Origin: Rhodothermales bacterium
Lineage (GTDB): Bacteria; Bacteroidota; Rhodothermia; Rhodothermales; Bin80
NCBI GenBank assembly: GCA_965209015.1
Contig: OZ242367.1
Span: forward strand, 447,160-511,159
DNA length: 64,000 nucleotides
Direction of reading: 5' to 3'
Part shown: one piece after another, positions 20,636 to 31,124 of the stretch
Layout: every line of letters begins with the position of its first letter
Position numbering within the stretch: the first letter of the stretch is position 1
Notes under the pieces: model-generated
The model's database searches: none
What the model saw: the letters and a program-made list of their open reading frames with translations, nothing else
What the model was told of the DNA's origin: nothing
Position numbers and translations under genes: made by a program

Positions 20636-20926
20636 GTGGTATATTCACGACCTATGGCGACGGGGTACTACGAGAGCTTCGCAATGGAGGTCTATGCTTC
20701 TCCAGCTCTTGATCCAGAAGGTAGCGGCGAGGTCTTGTTCGCAATTTGGGATACTGGAGCTACGCATACATCCATATCCCGACATGCAGCGAATTTGCTA
20801 GGATTAAAGCCTACTGGTCGAGTCGTATTGCAGTTAGCAAATCAGACCAGAGAAGCGAATACATACAAAGTTAATTTGATACTTCGGATTAAAGTTCAGA
20901 TTCAGAATGGACGGTGTCTGAAATAG
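20636..20926 (+). CDS. Retropepsin-like (clan AA) aspartic protease, possibly 3'-truncated
   Basis: Catalytic 'AIWDTGATHTSIS' (DTGA). At 96 aa it ends earlier than I expect for the family, so it may be degraded. Confidence 0.5.
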   Translation: MVYSRPMATGYYESFAMEVYASPALDPEGSGEVLFAIWDTGATHTSISRHAANLLGLKPTGRVVLQLANQTREANTYKVNLILRIKVQIQNGRCLK

Positions 20927-21203
20927 GGGGAGGTAAGCAATGACTTGCCTGCCTATTCTGACGTACTGAGATCCAAAGCTGTTGAAGTGGAACAGGTCAT
21001 TCAGATTACTCACGCAGTGTTTTGTATATTTTAATCAGCTTGCGTCCCAAGATATTGGAATATTCATGTGAGAAGGACTGCGATGTGATCAACTTTTAAC
21101 AATAACTATGATGCTTTGCAACAAAGATCCTGAAATTGGGTAACCATAATTCCATTTATAGTTCAGGTTCTTACTCTAACCAACCTTACTGCTCAAAGCG
21201 TCA

Positions 21204-21464
21204 ATGATTGAATCTGATCATTCATTGGAAAAGAAGTCTCTTTTGCCAAATTTATTTTTCGCTAAACGTTCCAAAATTTCGATATGCTCAGTTCGTGAAG
21301 TACCCCGCAGGATCTCAGACGAATTTGTAGATCTACATTGTGGCCCAGAGGGTGTGTCTACATCAAATGCATTAACCCCACAGGAATACTTTGAAAAAGC
21401 ATGGGGGCTTGTTGGAATCCATATTCAAAGTGCTATGGATGAGATTGATAATCAGAGTAGATGA
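21204..21464 (+). CDS. Hypothetical protein (86 aa)
   Basis: ORF whose stop overlaps the next start as ATGA. No motif recognised. Confidence 0.3.
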   Translation: MIESDHSLEKKSLLPNLFFAKRSKISICSVREVPRRISDEFVDLHCGPEGVSTSNALTPQEYFEKAWGLVGIHIQSAMDEIDNQSR

Positions 21465-21904
21465 GTAAGTCGGACAGCAATTTTGGTGTTGCAAATGAAG
21501 AGAATGACGAGCCAGATCATGAGATAGAGGCTGTTGATACTCAAGACCTTGAGCAGTGGATCAAGCCAGATGCACCTCCAAGAGTGCGCAATCTAATCCG
21601 CAGTTCCATATCGTCAAGTCTGGTTCGTATCTCATCATCTTACAGTGCACCTCTGCCGCCATCGGAAGAATTTCGGAAGTATAATGAAGTGGAGCCGACT
21701 GCGGCGAACCGAATCTTGAAAATGACTGAGAAATCTCTCGAGTTGGCTGGGGAAGAGCATAAAGTTGCCCGTCGCCGCGTCAATGCGTCTACCATAGTCG
21801 CTTTAGGAATGATAGGGCTGACTGCATATGGTATTTTTTCAGGGTTATCAGGTTCGGTTATAGTTCCGCTGGGACTCAGTGGAATTTTCGGACTGTTTAT
21901 TTGA
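21461..21904 (+). CDS. DUF2335-like membrane protein
   Basis: 'SAPLPPSEEFRKYNEVEPTAANRILKMTEKSLELAGEEHKVARRRV' followed by two C-terminal TM segments. Confidence 0.55.
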   Translation: MSKSDSNFGVANEENDEPDHEIEAVDTQDLEQWIKPDAPPRVRNLIRSSISSSLVRISSSYSAPLPPSEEFRKYNEVEPTAANRILKMTEKSLELAGEEHKVARRRVNASTIVALGMIGLTAYGIFSGLSGSVIVPLGLSGIFGLFI

Positions 21905-22470
21905 GAGATCATGGGGTTCCTGTCAAACCGTTGAAATACAATCCCTGATAAATTCTCCTCCAAAAAAAAGATTTTCGCACTTAATCCACATATACCCATA
22001 CCCCCCTGAAAAGATAGTGAGTTTGTGCTCTGATTCTTCCGTCTCTCTGATGCCAATTCTGTCTTAATATTGGCCTAATTTCAGACACAATTGCCAGAGC
22101 GTCTAATATCTCCATATGCAAAAGTGAAGGAGTCGCAAAAAGGATGGAGCGAGGAGCGAGTCAGTTGAACAAAGAGTCTGTTCCGCATACTATAGGATCG
22201 TCAGACGAACGGCATACAAGGTATCCAGAATATGCGAAATAGTAGTCAGAACCTGCGGATGGTAACAGGTCCAGTGAGCATGATCTGGGTGGAGACCAAG
22301 GGACTGGAAGGACACATGGTGCAATGAATGGGAAAAACAGTAAGTGCTCCCAATCCGAATAGAACCGCACTGGTTCCTTGACTCCACTTCTTGGACTAGA
22401 ATGTCCGACAATTGCTGGCCATTGGGGGTGCACGGTTTGATCTTGTGCACCCCCAATCGGCTAACTTGAT

Positions 22471-25400
22471 TTACTTCACGAGGGTCATCCGTCCTTTGGC
22501 AAGTTGGATACCTGCATCCAGATTGGCAACGACACGATAAATATAGAGACCTGATGGCAGGTTGGGAACCGCAAGCATCAACGATCTTGACGGACCCGCG
22601 GAGACACCAACGAATTCTTCCATATGAACTCTTTGCCCCAGCAGATTGAATACTTCCACCGACAGATCTGCCGCCGTTGGTAAGTCCACCAAGATATTCG
22701 TTGATGGATTGAACGGATTCGGATAATTCCCTATCAGTGCAAATTCTGTAACTGCATGACCAGTCTCAGCAGACGTTGTCCCTATCACTTCAATCGTAAA
22801 GTTGGTACTGACGGCTGTTCCAGCATTGTCAGTGGCAGTAAATGTATAGGTCATTGAAGCGGAGGGCTCCTGAGGCGTACCTGAGATGTATGGACCCGAA
22901 GGAATGAATACCAATCCAGAGGGCAACTCAGGGGTCAGGGTATACATGTATGGGGACTGCCCTCCCGAGGCTTTGGGCAGATTCAGCTGCTCAATCGGTT
23001 GGGACACGGTGTAGGTCTGATCTTGTATGTTGCCCGTCAGCGTGAATGCGTCTGTACAATTTGCGCCCATCACCTCGGAGACGGTATGTAGCCAATTCTG
23101 GAACTCATCATAGACTGGCGCACAGAGTGGCTGCCCATCAAAATGGAGAATGCCAAGACTCTCCAAGTTCGTCATCTCTCCTGGGAGTGTACCGTCCAGA
23201 TTGTTCTCATCTATTCTCAACTCAATGAGGCCTGTTAAATCTCCCACAGTTTCCGGTAGAATACCAAGCATCCCGACTCCGCTAAGATTCAGTTCCGTTA
23301 CACGTCCACGATAGACTTCTACCCCATTCCAAGCATCCAACTCTTGAATCTGTGGCAGTTCTGAATCTGTAATTGACCAGTTTTCCTGTGCAGCCCACTG
23401 AGGCCCTTCCGTCTCTTCGTAAATATTTTTCAGTGCTTGCCAATCTTTCTCCAACTCTGCGGACGGAGAGGTGGTAGCTGAAAGGGTTGCATAGGGCCCT
23501 GTACCGATCTCATTCGTTGCAGCAACCTGCACTTCATAAGACGTTCCGGGGAGGAGTTCACTCAGAGTCGCTTCACCTGCGGGGTAGCGCCTTTCCACCC
23601 ATTCGCTTGGCTGAAAGCCTTCCAGTTCCCGCTCCTCATCGGATTCCCTATAGCGCACTTCGTATCGCAGGATCTCCATACCCCCATCCCGTTCGGGGGA
23701 CTGCCAACTTAATTCAAGCTCGGAATCGGAAGCAGGTTGAATCAAGAAGTCTAATGGAGACGATGGGATGGTTACATCCTGCGTAGAAGCTGCCCCAGCA
23801 TAGACTGTTTCTGTATCATCAACTAAATGAAGGAGTTCAACATCATAAACAACTCCGGGAGAGAGGTCATAAATTCGTGCATTCCTTGCATTACCGAGGT
23901 TGGGAACCTGTTCCCACTGAGAAGCGGACTGCTCCCGATAGTACAATTCATACACATCCGTGGATGCAGAGGCGGCACCCTGTGAGGTTTTTCCCGCGCT
24001 AGGAGTTACTTCAACCCAGAACACATCCAGTTCGGTTGTACTTTGTCCACAGACCGTCAACGTTAGCGAGGCACCTGTTTGGGCCGATGCTTGCGTGGCG
24101 GCGAATCCATTCGTATACGCTCCTGTGCCCGCACGATTCACCGCGGCAATCTGAACTTGGTACAGTGCGGATGCACTCAGTCCACTAATGGTCTCTTGCA
24201 GACCAGTTTCCTCACGGGGCCATGTGGTCCAATCATTCGTACCAGTTTTATAGCCTATCTCGTAGCTTGTGATTGGAGCGCCTCCATTGTCAAAAGGTGC
24301 ATCCCATGATAGACGGAGTGCGTTGTCCGAAGTACCACATACAACCAGATTTTCTGGATTCCCCGGAAGATTGGCTTGGGTTGTTGCGGACTCCTGAACA
24401 AATTCGCCATGCTCAGCGTCAATCAATCCGGCAACCCGAACCTGATAGGTGGTTCCAGCCATAAGATCCGTGATGATCGCCTCAGTGGATAGCCCTGTAT
24501 GAGCAATCTGTTGCCATGTCCCTGAACTCTCATCTCCACGATACTCCACTCGATAGCCGATCACGTCAGGACCCGAGGTGGGAGCAGTCCATGTAGCCTG
24601 AACACTGGAGGTAGACAGGACGGTCAGCATTAAGGAAGAGGGAGCGTCAGGTAACCCCGTTTCATCCATGGTTTGTCCAGTGCTCTGAATAAATAACCCC
24701 ATAAAGTCTGCATTGATCGCTGCAACCCGAACGTCATAACTTGTTCCTGGATTAAGGTTTTGAATAAGAATAGTCGTACTCTCCGAACTCTCTTCTTCCC
24801 AGTCTCCAGGTTGTCTTCCTGTTTGGGTTTCATCCTCGTCGGAGACGCGGTAGTCAATCTGGTACCGAAGGATTGGTATCCCTCCCGCGTCAACTGGAAC
24901 TGTCCAGGATACTTCCAGATCTGTCGTAGAGGTGCCCGTAACAATCAGAGCACGCGGAGGAGAGGGAGCGGTAGCAGACTCGGTCGTCACTGTACCCGAT
25001 TCAAATTCACCTGCCCCCAAAGCATTCACCGCGGCAATGCGCACCTGATACTCCGTTCCTGCCATGAGATTAGTCAGGATCACTTCCTTAGTTTCCGCAC
25101 GGCGAGTAAGAGTCATCGGATCCGAATCCGCAGGCGCATTGGTTGGGGCATATTCAATCGTATATGACCGCAAAGCCAGCCCACCTGTTTCCGTTGGTTT
25201 TGTCCAAGTGACGCGAACTTCAGTCGGGGATAGAGAGGCGATGACCACATCCAACGGAGTGCCAGGAGTAGAAGTCTCCGCAACGGTGGTCGCCGTATCA
25301 ATCTCCGTATACTCCCCCTGTCCGGCAGAATTCTCCGCCGCCACGCGCACATCATAAGACATGTTGGATAGCAGGTCGGTAATTTCTAGTGTGGTTTCAG

Positions 25401-28400
25401 TGGTTGAGAGTTCCTTCCAGTTCCCAGCGGGCTCCGCACCCTCTCCATCAGGATCGGACGTCCGATACGCTAGAATATAGGACAGTGAACCCCCTGAATT
25501 ATTTTGATCTGGTGCTGACCAAGTAACCAAAATTCTTGATGGCGAAGTTGCACGCACCGATAGATCAAGGGGCGGGTTCGGAATGGCAATACTCGTGGTT
25601 GCCGATGCAACGGCGTAGGGACCGATCCCCGCTGAATTGATGGCCGCCACTTGGACATCATAGGACGTTCCACCAGTGAGCCCTTCAATGGAAGCACGGG
25701 TCTCAATCCCAGTTTGTTCTACGGCGATCCATGGACCTGCTTCTTCGCTGTCCGTCGCCGAAGTCCGATATTGAATACTGTACCCTGTAATCTCAGACCC
25801 ACTTGTTTCAGTGGGAGGTGACCAGGTCACCGACAGTTCATTCGGGGAAATGACGGTGATTGCAAGATCCAATGGTACAGAGGTAACGCCGATATTCAGC
25901 GTCGTGAACGTCTGCGATGCAAAAGGACCTGCTCCCACAGAGTTAACTGCTGCAACTTGTACATTGTAGACTGTTTCCGCGACTAACCCAGATAGAGTGG
26001 CACTACTCGTCTCGTGGTCACTGAATTCCCAATCTCCTGGCGCAGTACCCTGTCCTGAACCATCGGCATCTGCTAATCGATAGCCAACCCGGTAGCCTGT
26101 CACGGTGGCCCCGCCGTTCTCATCGGAAGAGAGTTCTGTCCAAGTCAACTCTGCCCCGGTATGAGAAATAGATGAAATCTCAAATCCATCGGGTGGGCTC
26201 GTTGGCACCGTGGCCGGATTCGTGACACCGACCGTATTGGAGGAGTACTCTCCATCTCCAATACGGTTGTTCGCGGCAATCTGGACATCATACGATGTAC
26301 CGGCACTCAATTGCGTGAGCGTACGTTGTAGACTCGCTGCACTCTCAATCTCAATCACGGGTTCCCAATCCCCAGGCTGCACCCCCGGTGTAGTGACGTC
26401 GCTATCCGTCAAACGATAACGAAGTTTGTACAGCAGGATCGGCTGGCCGCCAGTAATCTCGGGGGCTTCCCAAGAAACGGTCAGTTCCGTAGGCGAAGGG
26501 GAGGTAATCTGAAGGCTCGTTGGGATCCCCGGTGCAGAAGATGAGGTCGTCACCTCTTCTGATACAAATTCACCGGTGCCAGCGACGTTGATCGCTGCAA
26601 CCCGTACATTGTAAGAGGTGCCAGGCAAGAGATCCGTAATGGTGGCCGTTGTACCCGAAGGGGTGGCATCGGACCAGGCAGAAGTCGCGGGAGCACTCGC
26701 GAGCCGGTACTGAACCGAATAAGCTGAGATCTCGCTTCCACCGATCTGTGCTGGAACATCCCAAGAAATTGATAAGCTGGTGGGGCCCGTAACCTGAATC
26801 TCTACGTTCTGGGGCGCGGAGGGCGCATTCGCGTCCGTGGTCGTCGCAACCAACGTTCCCTCATCACCCGTGCCTGCACTGTTGACCGCTGACACGCCAA
26901 TGACGTAGGACGTACCAGCCAGTAAACCCGTAAGTGAGACGGTCTGCCCTGCGGGAGAGGCGGAAGTCCAATTTTGGGAGCTCTCCAACCGATACCGGAC
27001 TACATACCCCGTAACGGGAGCACCTCCATCGGAAGAGGGTGCAATCCACGCAACCGTTAACGCATTTTGCCCCTGAGCAGTCACATTAAGATTTTGAGGA
27101 GCAGTGGGCGCAATCGCTGCATTCGTACTTTGCGTGGTTCGGGCGTACGGCCCTGCCCCAGCGCTGTTATTCGCTGCAACCTCTAATTCGTACTCGGTAC
27201 CTCCAGATAGATCACTGATTGAGGTAGAGGTTGCTCCGATGACCGAAATAACTGACGACCATTGCGCGGTGCCACTCTGACGATAACGAATATTATAACT
27301 CTGGATTGCAGCTCCGCCATCATCCTCAGGTGCTTGCCAACTGATGCTGATCTCCGTCGGAGATGTAGCACTGGCCGTGAGTGACCGAGGAACGGTAGGC
27401 TCAACCGCCGGGCCAGTCGTCCCTGTAAGCGTGGCAGCTACTCCCTCCCCCTTTTCATTGGTGGCCTGGATGCTGATATCGTAGGTGGTCGCAGGTAACA
27501 GTGAACGAAGGACAACGGTTGTCCCCGTCACCTGTTGCGTCTCATAGGTGCTGGATGTGGTTAGTTTATGACCAACCGTGTATCCCGTAATCGTACCACC
27601 GCCATCACTTTGAGGAGCACTCCATTCCAGAGTGAGGGAAGAGTGCGTCGGGGCAGAGACGGTTGCACCTGTGGGAGCAGAAGCAAGGACAATCGGATTG
27701 GTGGCTACTTCGGAAGAGGTAGCAGGATCCCCTGTACCCGCAAGATTCGTTGCCGTAACCTGAACCTCGTAGATGGTCTCCACTTCCAAGCCCGTAATTG
27801 TGTGGATGAACACAGGACCGACAGCGTTCGGCGTGCTCCATGCCGCAGGTGGGATTTCCACTTTGCGATGACTCACTTCATATCCAGTAATGAGCCGACC
27901 GCCATTTTCTGAGGGAGCTTCCCATGATACATCCAGTTCGGTTTGAGAGACCGCAGAGACCTGCAAATTCTGGGGAACACTTGGGAGTGCCGCATCGGTA
28001 CGCCCAGAACCCATTGCAGGATCGCTGGCACCGACACCATTTACAGCAGCTACTCGGATATCATACAATACATATGGATCCAGGTTGGAGAGTGTGATTG
28101 TCTCCACGTTTCCAGAGTGGGAGGCATCAATCCAATTCCCCGCAGTTTGGCCGGCATCTGCCGCACGCCGATACTCTACGGTATAACCTGAAAGATTTGA
28201 ACCGTTCGTCTCCGCCGGGGCAATCCATGTGACCGTCAAAGAAGAGGAGGTCGTAGCTGTAACCGTAACTTCCGTAGGTGAATCGGGAGCTGCCTGAGGG
28301 GTTCCTATTCCCTTAGCATAATCGCCTTCCCCAATGGCATTTCTGGCACGAACCTGTATATCATATGAGGTCCCTGCGACCAATGATGTGATCGTGAAGG

Positions 28401-30726
28401 TGTTTACTGAGCGGGAAACACGCATGTCTGTCCACCCTTCAGATCCCGAATCTGAAACGCGATGGCGTAGATCAAACCCTAAAATTTCCGCTCCGTTGTC
28501 AGTGGGAGTTTCCCATCTAGCAGTGAGAGATGTCGCGGAGGCAACAGTAACAAATATGGTAGGCCTTCCAGGAGCCGTGGCAGGAGTGCCAGCTCTCTCA
28601 TCCGAGTAGGTTCCTGTTCCCACCGAGTTGATCGCTGCGACCTGAATAAAGTACCCTGTTCCTGTCGTAAGTTCAGTGATCGTAGTCTCCGTGCCCGTGA
28701 CAGTCGATGTCACAGAAGTCCAATCGCTGGGGTTTGCATTCTCGTCACGGTACTGAACCGAATAGCCAGTGATCTCAGCTCCACCGTTTTCCGTGGGAGC
28801 AACCCATGAGACGTCCAGAGAGGTCCCAGAGGCCACCGCTACCGTCACGCCAGTAGGTGCCCCAGGGCGTACTACTAAGGTAATGGATTCCTCCTCCGAG
28901 TAGGTGCCGGTCCCGACCGAGTTGATTGCCGCAACCTGAACAAAGTACTCTGTTCCTGTCGTAAGTTCAGTGATCGTAGTCTCCGTGCCCGTGGGATTCG
29001 GCGTTACGGAAGTCCAAGTGCTAGGGTTTTCATTTCCCCCGCGGTACTGGACGCTATAGCCTGTAATATCAGTCCCACCGTTTTCCGCGGGAGCATTCCA
29101 TAATACGTTCAGGGATGTTCCCGAGGCTATCTCAACAGTTACCCCAGAGGGTGCTCCGGGGGCAGTAATGGTTGGTCCTGCGGGGGTAGTTCCATTGCCG
29201 GTCAACCAGTCTCCAGTGCCAATTTCATTGACCGCAGCAACCCTGACATCATACTGAGATTCGGGTTGCAAGCCTGTAATCGTGGCACTGGTGCCCGTAC
29301 CCGTCGTAGGGAATGTGGTATATTCTGTCTCGGAGTCCAACTTGTATTCAACCGTATATCCCGTGATATCCGTTCCTCCCGTTTCCACGGGAGCAACCCA
29401 AGTGAGGGCAAGTTGGCTAGGCTCGGTTTCATCTACCGCAAGATTCGTAGGAACACCGGGCGCCGTTGCAGGAAGGGTTTTTAGACGATCATCATCGCTA
29501 TTAGTTCTAACCCGACTACTGCCAACATCATTGAACGCAGAAAGCTCAACACGATAGTTCGATTCTGCGCGGAGATTTGTGAAGGTATAACTAAGTTCCG
29601 AAGAAGGGTCTATCTCTATCGCTGGTAGAAATGAAGCTCTTGGCGGGTGCCTTGTTATGGCTACTCCATATTTGGTGATTGGGCTCCCACCATCATCATC
29701 TGGGGGGCTCCATGTTACGGTAATTTGGGAGGGTGTTTTAGAGAATCTAACATTAGCAGGTTGGTTAGGAGCCATTATAGGAATAAGAGGTGTCCACTCG
29801 GAGTCCACCTCATTATCATGCCCATCATCGTCCTTATAAAACACTCTGGCCTTGATTCTCTTACCTCGGTCAATATCCCTTATTCTGTATTGAGGTGCAG
29901 AACCCAATGCATAACGAGTTATTTGTTCACCAGTAACATCATCCCGAAAAGTACGCAATTCCTGATTCCCGTTTTCATCCTCTGCAATCCACGAAACATT
30001 AGGAGAAAATCCCTGATCTGGTGTCTCGCTACGAGCCATAGTCATTCCATCGGGATCTTGAACGCCAATATCTCCACTGGTGAGAAAAATGACATCAAAG
30101 ACTTGGCGCTGAAGTTCTACCGCAGAGTTCACTACCCTTAGTTCTAACATGCCAGTAGGGAGATCATTCACAGGATTTACATTGAACGTAAACTGGAACA
30201 CGCTGCTTTCATCACCACGGATAACTGTTTTGAAGCTAAAGCTACTATAATCGTCCCCGTTGTCATTTTGATCAGGCGTAAATATCAAGTTTCCTGCATC
30301 CAAATCGTCCTTTGAAATCGTCTGCCCATCAGATACATCGACACCATTGAGCTTCAATGTTCCCGGCCCTGAGAATTCAGTAATTATCACAGAAAAGTCG
30401 GTTTCGTTTGTAAAGTCACTTGCCTCAATCGGGTAAGGCGTATCCTCCTGTATATCCTTCTCCACGTTAGAAGCATTCGGAGAATCTGATTTGTCATCCT
30501 CCGGTGACTTCGTAACGCTCTCATCGGGTCTAAGTCCAAACTCAACAGGGAAAGATGGAGGCGTTAAAAGAGAAGCGTCACTTACCCCCTCTGATACCGG
30601 CAATACAAGCCCGGATTCATTTGGTCCGCCTACATTATCGGCATAGGATTTCGGCGGAAAAACTGTACATATTTTAATTAAGGCGAGAAAAATAATTGGG
30701 ACGAATCTAGATTTTGAATAAAGCAT
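22471..30726 (-). CDS. Giant cell-surface adhesin: cadherin-like N-domain, about 21 FN3 repeats, LRR module, putative Ig domain, T9SS C-terminal sorting domain
   Basis: FN3 signature 'L.V.W.AP...GG..ITGY.V.YR' was counted about 21 times. LRR module 'NWS...WNGVEVYRGRVTELNLSGVGMLGILPETVGDLTGLIELRI'. Ig-like 'GGQSPYMYTLTPELPSGLVF'. T9SS tail 'LIGNYPNPFNPSTNILVDLP...GLYIYRVVA'. The likely start is M at 30726 ('MLYSKSRFVPIIFLALI'); the track start is 30765. Confidence 0.9.
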   Translation of the reverse strand: MLYSKSRFVPIIFLALIKICTVFPPKSYADNVGGPNESGLVLPVSEGVSDASLLTPPSFPVEFGLRPDESVTKSPEDDKSDSPNASNVEKDIQEDTPYPIEASDFTNETDFSVIITEFSGPGTLKLNGVDVSDGQTISKDDLDAGNLIFTPDQNDNGDDYSSFSFKTVIRGDESSVFQFTFNVNPVNDLPTGMLELRVVNSAVELQRQVFDVIFLTSGDIGVQDPDGMTMARSETPDQGFSPNVSWIAEDENGNQELRTFRDDVTGEQITRYALGSAPQYRIRDIDRGKRIKARVFYKDDDGHDNEVDSEWTPLIPIMAPNQPANVRFSKTPSQITVTWSPPDDDGGSPITKYGVAITRHPPRASFLPAIEIDPSSELSYTFTNLRAESNYRVELSAFNDVGSSRVRTNSDDDRLKTLPATAPGVPTNLAVDETEPSQLALTWVAPVETGGTDITGYTVEYKLDSETEYTTFPTTGTGTSATITGLQPESQYDVRVAAVNEIGTGDWLTGNGTTPAGPTITAPGAPSGVTVEIASGTSLNVLWNAPAENGGTDITGYSVQYRGGNENPSTWTSVTPNPTGTETTITELTTGTEYFVQVAAINSVGTGTYSEEESITLVVRPGAPTGVTVAVASGTSLDVSWVAPTENGGAEITGYSVQYRDENANPSDWTSVTSTVTGTETTITELTTGTGYFIQVAAINSVGTGTYSDERAGTPATAPGRPTIFVTVASATSLTARWETPTDNGAEILGFDLRHRVSDSGSEGWTDMRVSRSVNTFTITSLVAGTSYDIQVRARNAIGEGDYAKGIGTPQAAPDSPTEVTVTATTSSSLTVTWIAPAETNGSNLSGYTVEYRRAADAGQTAGNWIDASHSGNVETITLSNLDPYVLYDIRVAAVNGVGASDPAMGSGRTDAALPSVPQNLQVSAVSQTELDVSWEAPSENGGRLITGYEVSHRKVEIPPAAWSTPNAVGPVFIHTITGLEVETIYEVQVTATNLAGTGDPATSSEVATNPIVLASAPTGATVSAPTHSSLTLEWSAPQSDGGGTITGYTVGHKLTTSSTYETQQVTGTTVVLRSLLPATTYDISIQATNEKGEGVAATLTGTTGPAVEPTVPRSLTASATSPTEISISWQAPEDDGGAAIQSYNIRYRQSGTAQWSSVISVIGATSTSISDLSGGTEYELEVAANNSAGAGPYARTTQSTNAAIAPTAPQNLNVTAQGQNALTVAWIAPSSDGGAPVTGYVVRYRLESSQNWTSASPAGQTVSLTGLLAGTSYVIGVSAVNSAGTGDEGTLVATTTDANAPSAPQNVEIQVTGPTSLSISWDVPAQIGGSEISAYSVQYRLASAPATSAWSDATPSGTTATITDLLPGTSYNVRVAAINVAGTGEFVSEEVTTSSSAPGIPTSLQITSPSPTELTVSWEAPEITGGQPILLYKLRYRLTDSDVTTPGVQPGDWEPVIEIESAASLQRTLTQLSAGTSYDVQIAANNRIGDGEYSSNTVGVTNPATVPTSPPDGFEISSISHTGAELTWTELSSDENGGATVTGYRVGYRLADADGSGQGTAPGDWEFSDHETSSATLSGLVAETVYNVQVAAVNSVGAGPFASQTFTTLNIGVTSVPLDLAITVISPNELSVTWSPPTETSGSEITGYSIQYRTSATDSEEAGPWIAVEQTGIETRASIEGLTGGTSYDVQVAAINSAGIGPYAVASATTSIAIPNPPLDLSVRATSPSRILVTWSAPDQNNSGGSLSYILAYRTSDPDGEGAEPAGNWKELSTTETTLEITDLLSNMSYDVRVAAENSAGQGEYTEIDTATTVAETSTPGTPLDVVIASLSPTEVRVTWTKPTETGGLALRSYTIEYAPTNAPADSDPMTLTRRAETKEVILTNLMAGTEYQVRIAAVNALGAGEFESGTVTTESATAPSPPRALIVTGTSTTDLEVSWTVPVDAGGIPILRYQIDYRVSDEDETQTGRQPGDWEEESSESTTILIQNLNPGTSYDVRVAAINADFMGLFIQSTGQTMDETGLPDAPSSLMLTVLSTSSVQATWTAPTSGPDVIGYRVEYRGDESSGTWQQIAHTGLSTEAIITDLMAGTTYQVRVAGLIDAEHGEFVQESATTQANLPGNPENLVVCGTSDNALRLSWDAPFDNGGAPITSYEIGYKTGTNDWTTWPREETGLQETISGLSASALYQVQIAAVNRAGTGAYTNGFAATQASAQTGASLTLTVCGQSTTELDVFWVEVTPSAGKTSQGAASASTDVYELYYREQSASQWEQVPNLGNARNARIYDLSPGVVYDVELLHLVDDTETVYAGAASTQDVTIPSSPLDFLIQPASDSELELSWQSPERDGGMEILRYEVRYRESDEERELEGFQPSEWVERRYPAGEATLSELLPGTSYEVQVAATNEIGTGPYATLSATTSPSAELEKDWQALKNIYEETEGPQWAAQENWSITDSELPQIQELDAWNGVEVYRGRVTELNLSGVGMLGILPETVGDLTGLIELRIDENNLDGTLPGEMTNLESLGILHFDGQPLCAPVYDEFQNWLHTVSEVMGANCTDAFTLTGNIQDQTYTVSQPIEQLNLPKASGGQSPYMYTLTPELPSGLVFIPSGPYISGTPQEPSASMTYTFTATDNAGTAVSTNFTIEVIGTTSAETGHAVTEFALIGNYPNPFNPSTNILVDLPTAADLSVEVFNLLGQRVHMEEFVGVSAGPSRSLMLAVPNLPSGLYIYRVVANLDAGIQLAKGRMTLVK

Positions 30727-31124
30727 TTGATTTGGAGTAATTAACATAACTAATGGGCATGACACCTGTACTTACTTGATCTACGAAGACCTACGAAAAT
30801 GTTGCAGAGATCCGATCAATAAATATGTTCACGGATATATATTTGGGGGTAATAACTTACTGTACAATGGAGGGGAAGCCAGACATAGGCGAGCGAAAGT
30901 ACGGAAAACCCTGCCTTTAGTCAATAACTTGAAAGCGTTTTCAAGATCTTCACATAAAATTCACGCAAGTTTCACACTTTTAATTCCATTTCTTTCGTGC
31001 ACCGTGGAAAGGTACCCCTCTGTGATGGGTGCGAATCCCATCCAATAACTGTCGCTCCCCGGTTGGTAGCGGCCTTGGCGTATTATGGAGGTAACGATAT
31101 GGTATGAAGCACTAGGACTTAAAG

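Noticed and set aside
20378-22100. A prophage remnant, suggested by the DUF2335 and aspartic protease genes.
   Set aside because: No integrase, terminase, capsid or tail genes are present. There is only weak guilt by association.
23046-30141. Plus- and minus-strand ORFs of 60-164 aa nested in the FN3 adhesin gene.
   Set aside because: They are out-of-frame or antisense to a clearly coding 2764-aa ORF and have no recognisable domains.
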